A stretch of 64,000 nt of DNA from a virus. The DNA is taken from IMG/VR virus record IMGVR_UViG_3300020724_000005. The stretch is one strand, 5' to 3'. Positions 8,015-14,434 of this stretch are shown one piece after another (the stretch's first letter is position 1; each line of letters opens with the position of its first letter). The notes under the pieces were generated by a model. It made no database searches. It saw only the letters and a list, made by a program, of their open reading frames with translations, and was not told the DNA's origin. The position numbers and the translations under genes were made by a program.

Positions 8015-9400
8015 TTACTTGGAAAGTTCAAAGAATTTCTTACTCAGTATGGATTTCTCTTCAAAAGTCAGACTAGAGCTGTTAGAGGTTTTGAAAGCGT
8101 TGTTCGTAGCTGCCTGCATTGCGTGTATCTCTTCTTCTGTTAGCTCTGTCTCATCTATCTTTATCGTACCGTTGTCCGTGTCGATCATCGCATTGTACGT
8201 CATACCGTCTTGTCCATATCGATTTTTCATGATGTGCACTCTACCTGTCTTGTTGAGTTTGTCTGCTCTCTTTCTGGACAGAGACAGTATGAAGTCTGCG
8301 ATCATGATCTTGTTGTACGATCCTGCTGCCTTGTCACCTTCTACGATGTCATCCTTTGCCCCAGCCCTGTTCACCTGAGACACAGACCATACGGGAATGT
8401 TCAGCTCTCTTGCCATGCCTTTCACCGCGGTGTACACGTCATCTATCTCGTCCTTTACTTCTCCTCCGACCCTTTTTGACTTCAATAGGTCTATGTAGTC
8501 GATGATGATCAGATCAGGTTTGTGTCCCATGTCGGTGCACTTCCTTATGTGAGACTCTATCTTGTTGACTGTGGTCTTGCCCATTGGGAACTCAGCTATC
8601 GTCAGTCTGCCTGGTAAGTTTGCTACTGTCTCTTCTACCTTGCTACGATGCAGGTGGACTTCCTTGAAACCTATGCCGGTGAACACAGAATCGTACCTCT
8701 TGCCTGTGTAGATGTCTGAGAGCTCTAGCGTGTAGTGGTTGACAGTGAGCGCCTGCTTGACTGCCTCAGCTCCTATGTTGACCAGAAACCAAGACTTGCC
8801 TGAGCCTGGTCCTCCGAATATTATGCCAAGGTCTCCTCTTCCAAGTCCTCCCATGAGATGATCGCTTATCTTTGGCCATGGAGTAGGCACTGCCCTTCTG
8901 TCGTCTTCTCTGTACCTCTGCTCTATGTCTTGCAAATACTCGTGTCCTACGTTCTTGTCTGCACCGGCTTTTAACGCAGAATCTATCATGATCCTTATGT
9001 CTTCAAACTGGCCTTTGGAAAGCAGATCTACGGAATTGAGTAGCGCCTTCTTTAATTGCTGGTTCTTGCAGAAGCTTGAGAACTCCAGTTCTATGTACTC
9101 CTTGTCTTCGTTCGCCGTCTTTAACGCCTCTTTCAACTGCTCTGCTACCGAGACCCTGAGGACCTCGTTGTCTATCTTTTTGACTTCTATCTGAAGATAT
9201 TCTAGTGACGGTGTGGTATGATATTTGTAATAATACTTTAGAATGTCTTTGACTATCCACTGTGACGCCGGCGAATCGAACATCTCTGGCTCTACAACGT
9301 CGTGTATCGTCTGTAGGAACTCTTTATGACGTAAAAGTGAAGCAAGAACTTTTATTTGAAATCCACTTCCATACGCGTTGAGCGTGTTTAATTGTGCCAT
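8015..9400 (-). CDS. replicative DNA helicase (DnaB / T4 gp41-like)
   Basis: Walker A GGPGSGKSWFL, Walker B LIIIDYIDLL, and SQVNRAG. I chose ATG 9400 (MAQLNTLNAYG) so the gene does not overlap the upstream HEG. Confidence 0.85.
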   Translation of the reverse strand: MAQLNTLNAYGSGFQIKVLASLLRHKEFLQTIHDVVEPEMFDSPASQWIVKDILKYYYKYHTTPSLEYLQIEVKKIDNEVLRVSVAEQLKEALKTANEDKEYIELEFSSFCKNQQLKKALLNSVDLLSKGQFEDIRIMIDSALKAGADKNVGHEYLQDIEQRYREDDRRAVPTPWPKISDHLMGGLGRGDLGIIFGGPGSGKSWFLVNIGAEAVKQALTVNHYTLELSDIYTGKRYDSVFTGIGFKEVHLHRSKVEETVANLPGRLTIAEFPMGKTTVNKIESHIRKCTDMGHKPDLIIIDYIDLLKSKRVGGEVKDEIDDVYTAVKGMARELNIPVWSVSQVNRAGAKDDIVEGDKAAGSYNKIMIADFILSLSRKRADKLNKTGRVHIMKNRYGQDGMTYNAMIDTDNGTIKIDETELTEEEIHAMQAATNNAFKTSNSSSLTFEEKSILSKKFFELSK

Positions 9401-9407
9401 AACTTTA

Positions 9408-10127
9408 TTATATATTTGGTTTTTTATATTTGCACTTATCAAAATGCCACTGAGTCATTCCGTTATTTCCTCCAATTTTATTACAATGCGGACATTGTAT
9501 TTTTGGATTTTTTATTCCTAATCTATTAGTATTTCCTATTTTAGATATGCTCAATTTTCTTTTATGTTCTTCTGATTTAGATTTTCCCTTAAGAGCTCTG
9601 CTAATATTTGCCTTCTCTAATTCTGATTTTACTCTATTTTTTTGACCTTTAGAAATTGATTCTCTATGTTGTAAAGATAAACATATCCCTAATTTAGATT
9701 TTCTTATATTTAATTTAGTTTCTTCTGATCTTACTTTTCCCGTATTCGATTCTTTCATCTTTTTTTTAGTATCATCAGAAACTAAATGGCCTTTTCTGGA
9801 TAATCTATATAATCGTTTTGTTTCTTCAGAATGTTTAAAACCAAATTGACCTTGTCCACCATCTGTCATATTAACTAAAGGTCCCAATTTAAGATCTGCT
9901 CTTCCATAGAATATAATCCAAAATTTTTCTTTTTCACAGGCTTCTTCCCAAGTTAACCATTCTTCTGACATAATTTCTACTTTATATTCTGTAAGATTAA
10001 TCACATTATTCCAATGAATATTTCTGTTCTTTTTTGAATAAGATCTTTTATAGTTTTTATCTGATCCTATTCCTATATAAAAAACCTCATTCTTGTCTAG
10101 TCTTATATGACGATACACATATGCCAT
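9408..10127 (-). CDS. GIY-YIG homing endonuclease with NUMOD3-like repeats and a C-terminal CPHC zinc finger
   Basis: MAYVYRHIRLDKNEVFYIGIGSD; repeats HSEETKRLY, SDDTKKKMK, SEETKLNIR, SEEHKRKLS; C-terminus CPHCNKIGGNNGMTQWHFDKCKYK. AT-rich. Confidence 0.85.
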   Translation of the reverse strand: MAYVYRHIRLDKNEVFYIGIGSDKNYKRSYSKKNRNIHWNNVINLTEYKVEIMSEEWLTWEEACEKEKFWIIFYGRADLKLGPLVNMTDGGQGQFGFKHSEETKRLYRLSRKGHLVSDDTKKKMKESNTGKVRSEETKLNIRKSKLGICLSLQHRESISKGQKNRVKSELEKANISRALKGKSKSEEHKRKLSISKIGNTNRLGIKNPKIQCPHCNKIGGNNGMTQWHFDKCKYKKPNI

Positions 10128-10137
10128 AAAATAAAAA

Positions 10138-10232
10138 TGGTCCAAAGTGACAAAGAGCCTGCATGCTCTCTATCTCAAAGGACCAATAAGTTCTATTATA
10201 GATAACTCATGCAGGAGCTTCTATCTATAATA
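10138..10232 (-). promoter_or_regulatory. structured HEG leader (copy 1): two hairpins with complementary loops enclosed by a long-range helix
   Basis: Hairpin S1 pairs 10194..10204 with 10222..10232. Its loop CTGCAT is complementary to loop ATGCAG of hairpin 2 (stem 10154..10158 with 10165..10169). The outer helix pairs TGGTCC (10138..10143) with GGACCA (10180..10185). Confidence 0.6.
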
Positions 10233-10237
10233 AATAT
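10230..10237 (-). promoter_or_regulatory. GATATTTAT(A/T)A-type motif copy
   Basis: ATAAATATC overlaps the 5' arm of leader hairpin S1, 102 nt upstream of ATG 10127. Confidence 0.4.
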
Positions 10238-11133
10238 CAGGAAATACTTGCTAAATACTTAAAGTTTGTGTATAGCCACGAAGGTAGGTTTGTGATGCTC
10301 TGTCCCAGTTGATCTTCGTTATACATCTCTGTAAACTCTGTTGGATAGTAGTCCTTCTTTGGGTTGCCCATCATCTGGTCTATCTCCTCTTGTGCCTCTG
10401 CTGGTATGTTAGGCTCGTCTAGGTCCATGAGCTTCTTGTTGATCTCTAGCTGGCTTCTGAAGTCGTAGATCTTTTTGAGCATTGCAACATCGCCGTCCTT
10501 GCACTTCTCTATGACATGCTCTAGACTGATAGTAGCACTTTTTCCTAACTCTGGAAAGTGTTTAAGCAAAGTCTTGATGCCTAATCCCTTTACCCCAGGA
10601 ACGTTGTCTCCTTTGTCGCCAAGCAGCACCTTCTGGGTTAGAAAGTTGTGAGACGTCACTTCGTACTCGCTCAAGACGTCTTTTGGAGAATAGAACTTCT
10701 TCTTTGTAGGTGAGTATATGCTGATCCTGTCCGATGCAAGCTGAAGGTAATCTCGGTCCGAAGACATGATGGTCACCTCTTTTCCTATGCGCTTTGCTAT
10801 GTATCCTATGACATCGTCTGCCTCTATCTTGTCTATCGATAGCAGATCTATGGGAAGACATTTGAGGTAGTCCACGAGCCTCAGAAGCTGGTTCTTGATG
10901 GCATCAGACTCCTCTTCTTGGGAATCGAACATGTCCCAGTTTGTGATTCTCTTTATACCCCTATTTGCTTTGTACTCAGGATAGAGGTAACGCTTATTTG
11001 TTGAGCTACCGCGGCCATCAAATACTACTATGACACGTGTTGGTCTTATCAGTCTCATCCCATATGCCATCGACTTGAGAAACCCAGTTAGAGCTCCTAT
11101 GTGCTGTCCAGCTGGGTTCACGTGCTGGATCAT
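10237..11133 (-). CDS. flap endonuclease / 5'-3' exonuclease, main segment (as listed in the ORF track)
   Basis: VVFDGRGSSTNKRYLYPEYKANR, EADDVIGYIA, SSDRDYLQL, LLGDKGDNVPGVKGLGIKT. The N-terminal DG strand is missing from this ORF and lies upstream, across an in-frame TAA. Confidence 0.85.
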   Translation of the reverse strand: MIQHVNPAGQHIGALTGFLKSMAYGMRLIRPTRVIVVFDGRGSSTNKRYLYPEYKANRGIKRITNWDMFDSQEEESDAIKNQLLRLVDYLKCLPIDLLSIDKIEADDVIGYIAKRIGKEVTIMSSDRDYLQLASDRISIYSPTKKKFYSPKDVLSEYEVTSHNFLTQKVLLGDKGDNVPGVKGLGIKTLLKHFPELGKSATISLEHVIEKCKDGDVAMLKKIYDFRSQLEINKKLMDLDEPNIPAEAQEEIDQMMGNPKKDYYPTEFTEMYNEDQLGQSITNLPSWLYTNFKYLASIS

Positions 11134-11157
11134 CGCGAAGGATCGGAGAAAGTTGTT

Positions 11158-11166
11158 GAGTTAAAG
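11158..11166 (-). other. candidate recoding site CUU-UAA-CUC inside the flap-endonuclease reading frame
   Basis: The minus strand reads GGT CTT TAA CTC AAC, with TAA at 11161..11163. The frame is conserved on both sides (KVFIVDGL * LNNFLRSFAM). Confidence 0.5.
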
Positions 11167-11265
11167 ACCGTCGACTATGAAAACCTTTGAATTCAGGCTT
11201 AAGTCGACGGTCTGTGTATTATTTTGTGAAAGATCATTTATCATTTCTGCATATCTACTATTCAT
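11164..11265 (-). CDS. flap endonuclease 5' segment (34 codons), in frame with 10237..11133
   Basis: My own translation gives MNSRYAEMINDLSQNNTQTVDLSLNSKVFIVDGL. KVFIVDG is the canonical first catalytic Asp strand of FEN/5'-3' exonucleases. It is too short to appear in the ORF track. Confidence 0.6.
11165..11213 (-). other. 11-bp GC-rich hairpin inside the FEN 5' segment
   Basis: AGACCGTCGAC (11165..11175) pairs with GTCGACGGTCT (11203..11213), with a 27-nt loop. Confidence 0.6.
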
Positions 11266-11279
11266 ATTCTACTATAGAT

Positions 11280-11843
11280 TTAATTTTTATATTTACAATT
11301 ATCAAAATGCCACTGGATCATATTACTCTTATTTGCTATTTTTTTACAATGCGGACATTGGGCCAAAGGCCTATTTTTAGCAGATTCACTTTGTGCAATT
11401 TTAGTTTTTTCTGATGTTTTTAATTCTTTATTCCACGTATTCATTCCAATGAAAAATGATCCTGAATTTACTTTATGTGGAAATTTTTTATCTTTATTCC
11501 ATGGAATTCTATTTTTAATACTTTCAATATAGCATTGTTTAGCTTCTACTGATATTCTTATACTATGTCTACCTGTATTTTTATCTTTAATGCACATTAA
11601 ATGAAAAGCATATGTTAATTTTTTATTTTCAGGAAAACTTCTATGTAATAACCAGTGCGCTAATATATGCTCTCTAATAGTTAATAAAACTATATTTTTA
11701 TTGTTTGTATTTCTTCTATCACCAATTCCTCCCAAACATATTGGCACTATGTGATGAGACTCGTAATAAACCTCTTTATTTTTTGTTCTTTTCTCCAATT
11801 TACATTTGCAGACTAATCTATTATATATTTTTAAGTAATCCAT
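11280..11843 (-). CDS. HNH homing endonuclease with a C-terminal CPHC zinc finger
   Basis: MDYLKIYNRL...YYESHHIVPICLGG...NIVLLTIREHILAHWLL; C-terminus CPHCKKIANKSNMIQWHFDNCKYKN. I chose ATG 11843 by analogy with the paralogue at 45814. Confidence 0.85.
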   Translation of the reverse strand: MDYLKIYNRLVCKCKLEKRTKNKEVYYESHHIVPICLGGIGDRRNTNNKNIVLLTIREHILAHWLLHRSFPENKKLTYAFHLMCIKDKNTGRHSIRISVEAKQCYIESIKNRIPWNKDKKFPHKVNSGSFFIGMNTWNKELKTSEKTKIAQSESAKNRPLAQCPHCKKIANKSNMIQWHFDNCKYKN

Positions 11844-11852
11844 AAAATAAAA

Positions 11853-11953
11853 TGGACTCATTGAAGTCAAAGGTCGGGCAATGACCAATGATTCTAGAGT
11901 CCAATAAGTTTATTATAGATAGTTAATTGCCCTAACTTTCTATCTATAATAAA
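11853..11953 (-). promoter_or_regulatory. structured HEG leader (copy 2)
   Basis: Hairpin S1 pairs 11909..11922 with 11940..11953 (14 bp). Its loop GGGCAAT is complementary to loop ATTGCCC of hairpin 2 (stem 11872..11875 with 11883..11886). The outer helix pairs TGGACTC (11853..11859) with GAGTCCA (11897..11903). Confidence 0.6.
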
Positions 11954-11956
11954 TAC
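11949..11956 (-). promoter_or_regulatory. variant motif copy (ATAAATAC)
   Basis: It sits in the same position relative to leader hairpin S1 as the copy at 10230, 105 nt upstream of ATG 11843. Confidence 0.3.
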
Positions 11957-11963
11957 TTGATTT

Positions 11964-13046
11964 TTAAGAATCTTCAATATCAAATATATCATTTTTTGAT
12001 GGATCCTCTTCTTCTACAATATCAAATATCTCAGAACCTAGCGCCTTTATCCACTCATGCGAATATTCATTTTTATATTTACTTATCGCTGATGGAGAAT
12101 CATCAATAAAACCATGCACTGTCATTATAACTTTGCCTACAGCTGTAACTCCAGTTATGTGATTTTTATCGCATGAAATTCTAGTTCTCTTAGCAAATTC
12201 CACGTCTTTTCCATTTTTTGTAGCTTTTATTTTATTAGTCCCCGCCTTTGAAATATTCCCGAAAGTGATTACAAGAGTAGAGTCAAACCACATAGTATTA
12301 CCTCCTTTATTTTGTAAAGTTGGTTGTCCCATTGGATTATCTGGTTTTGCTACCCAAACTTTATTTATTGCTACAAGTGTATTGGTGTAGGGTTGGCTCT
12401 CCTTTCTCGACATAATGATACGTTGATTGATGAAGTTGCCAAATTGAGTCGACATAGCACCTGCAGCCCACTCATTATTATTAGTGGATTTTTCTATGCT
12501 CAGACGACAAGGTATAGACCCCACCGAGTCCCACAGAAAGCATATGTCATACGGTAGATTGCCTTTCTTCTGCTCGTCTAAGATGTCTGCCATAAATCCC
12601 GCCACGTCCTCTACGCACTGCATCTTTTCCCTGTCTACGTATATGAAGAAGCCACTGTAATCTACCACTTCTCCTGTTGACTTATCGACGACCTCATCAA
12701 ATTGTAAACCCATTGACCTTGCGTGCTCCCAAGACCATTTCATCTCGGTAACTATAAACACTGGGAGTATGCCCATCTTTTGAGCTTGCACTGCTGCTTC
12801 TAATAGCGCAGTAGTCTTGCCAGTATCTGAGTGTCCTCGTAGTAGAGTGATGTGTCCTATCGGTATGCCAGGGATCTGAAGTGTATCACTGAAAGCCTTG
12901 GAGAGAGGTATCCACCTCGTCTCCTTGAACTTTACAGATGTGCTTGATAGGTTCTTGGACTTCTTGAATTTGTCCAGATTGAATTCGCCTTTGATGGCTG
13001 TAGAGAGAGCCCCATTGAGGCTCTCTTTCTTTTCTGATTTTGCCAT
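11964..13046 (-). CDS. RecA-superfamily recombinase/ATPase (UvsX/RadA-like)
   Basis: Walker A GHSDTGKTT, Walker B-like ICFLWDSVGS, 360 aa. It lies next to the SSB gene. Confidence 0.55.
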   Translation of the reverse strand: MAKSEKKESLNGALSTAIKGEFNLDKFKKSKNLSSTSVKFKETRWIPLSKAFSDTLQIPGIPIGHITLLRGHSDTGKTTALLEAAVQAQKMGILPVFIVTEMKWSWEHARSMGLQFDEVVDKSTGEVVDYSGFFIYVDREKMQCVEDVAGFMADILDEQKKGNLPYDICFLWDSVGSIPCRLSIEKSTNNNEWAAGAMSTQFGNFINQRIIMSRKESQPYTNTLVAINKVWVAKPDNPMGQPTLQNKGGNTMWFDSTLVITFGNISKAGTNKIKATKNGKDVEFAKRTRISCDKNHITGVTAVGKVIMTVHGFIDDSPSAISKYKNEYSHEWIKALGSEIFDIVEEEDPSKNDIFDIEDS

Positions 13047-13064
13047 GTAACCTTTTTAATTGGA

Positions 13065-13922
13065 TTAGATATTGAAGAGATCATCAATTTTTGCATCGAT
13101 ATCACTCTTCTTTGTGCTCAGTGAAAACGACTTGGTCTCTGCCTTAGTCTCTTTCTTCTTAGGCTTTTCTTCCTGCGTTTCCCAAGAAAGATCTCCGCCT
13201 GGGATCTCTGGAGCGTTGTCTGGTGCGATGACTACCTCTGGCTTGTCTGTCTCCTCTTCTGGGTTCAGGTGTGCTTGTAGCGCTGCCTTCATCTCATCGT
13301 AAGAGTAATGCTTGTACGTATCCAGTGGATTTGGCTGTTCTGTGAGCCACTTCTTGATCTCTGATTCCTTCTCAGACAGAGGAGTCACCTTGCCTCTCAC
13401 CCTTACTTTTGACTGGTTGAAGTTTGTGCCGTTCTGCTCTGGAGATGTCGTCTCGATCGTGATATCGCGTCCAGAGATGGGATCTGTGTAGTCGCCAACG
13501 TCTTCGTCTTCCATGATCGCCAAAAGCTCCATGAAAACCTGCTTGCCGAATTCCCAAAGCATGACGCCTTTGTCTTCTTCGCCACGCACTATCACTGGCA
13601 CCATGACCCTCATCTTTGGTTCCATCTTCCTGGCCAGCTGCCAATCCTCCTTGTTAGAAGACTTACGTAGCTTCTGAGTGAACTCTGCGATCGGATCTTT
13701 CTCTCCATGACACGCTGGAGACATCATCGTCTTGTTGTTGATCCCGTAGTAGATGTAGATCTCCTTGAACGGGTTTGTCTTGTCGAAAACAGACGGGAGT
13801 ATTCTCACCGAGTGTTTGCCTACTGCTGATCTCCATAGAGTCTTGGGTTGATCAGATTTGGAACCCTTTGGGTTCTGAAGTGACGCTAGTCTACTTCTCA
13901 ATGCTGCAACGTCTATTGCCAT
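13065..13922 (-). CDS. ssDNA-binding protein (T4 gp32-like)
   Basis: LWRSAVGKHSVRILPS, MRVMVPVIVRGEEDKGVMLWEFGKQV, and an acidic C-terminal tail DIDAKIDDLFNI. The layout parallels gp32. Confidence 0.6.
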   Translation of the reverse strand: MAIDVAALRSRLASLQNPKGSKSDQPKTLWRSAVGKHSVRILPSVFDKTNPFKEIYIYYGINNKTMMSPACHGEKDPIAEFTQKLRKSSNKEDWQLARKMEPKMRVMVPVIVRGEEDKGVMLWEFGKQVFMELLAIMEDEDVGDYTDPISGRDITIETTSPEQNGTNFNQSKVRVRGKVTPLSEKESEIKKWLTEQPNPLDTYKHYSYDEMKAALQAHLNPEEETDKPEVVIAPDNAPEIPGGDLSWETQEEKPKKKETKAETKSFSLSTKKSDIDAKIDDLFNI

Positions 13923-13982
13923 ATTTGAAACTATTTGTTTATAAAAGAATGTAATGATTAATATCGATCCAGAAAAATAGAT

Positions 13983-14405
13983 CTATGAAGTCGCCACTAT
14001 CTTGTGTACGAGGGTGTTTAATTTTCGAAATGCGCTGCCTTGCGTCAGGAGCATTGAGTTTCTGTACTCTTGCCAGTTTATAGGGAACTTGTTGTCCATC
14101 ATGCCGTTGTTCAGGCTCATGATCAAGGTATTCAGCGCGTTTATCGTGTAGAGCGTGTTGCTCTCTTTCTTTCTGTGTAGAAGGATCGTGTTGTTCAGCA
14201 TCCGTGTCTCATGTCCTTCGACCTCGATGTTGTATGTGCACATGTACTCGTCAGACTCTGGAGACGTCAACACGAAGATCTTGCTGTATAGGATCTTGTA
14301 TTGGCCGTTTATCTCTGCCAATCTTTCTTCGAGTCTTTCTTTGGGTGTGAAGCTGCAAAAGAGCCTATTCATTAATGAGTCTTGCGTTAACGTGATCGTT
14401 GTCAT
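13983..14405 (-). CDS. hypothetical protein
   Basis: 140-aa track ORF with a motif copy 15 nt upstream. Confidence 0.5.
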   Translation of the reverse strand: MTTITLTQDSLMNRLFCSFTPKERLEERLAEINGQYKILYSKIFVLTSPESDEYMCTYNIEVEGHETRMLNNTILLHRKKESNTLYTINALNTLIMSLNNGMMDNKFPINWQEYRNSMLLTQGSAFRKLNTLVHKIVATS

Positions 14406-14420
14406 AACCTGATTGTTTTT

Positions 14421-14428
14421 ATAAATAT
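14421..14428 (-). promoter_or_regulatory. GATATTTAT(A/T)A-type motif copy
   Basis: ATAAATATC, 15 nt upstream of ATG 14405. Confidence 0.4.
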
Positions 14429-14434
14429 CGGGTT

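Noticed and set aside
11161-11163. Genome-wide reassignment of the TAA stop codon as the explanation for the in-frame stop in the FEN gene.
   Set aside because: TAA terminates many well-delimited genes in this window, for example the RecA-like gene, the helicase-adjacent HEG and the HNH gene. No other long gene shows in-frame TAA codons.
11134-11963. The idea that the HNH gene and its structured flanks form a group I intron splitting the FEN gene.
   Set aside because: Both FEN segments lie downstream of the HEG. They are contiguous and in frame, separated only by one TAA. No FEN exon exists upstream of the HEG. The same leader structure also precedes HEGs that sit between complete genes.
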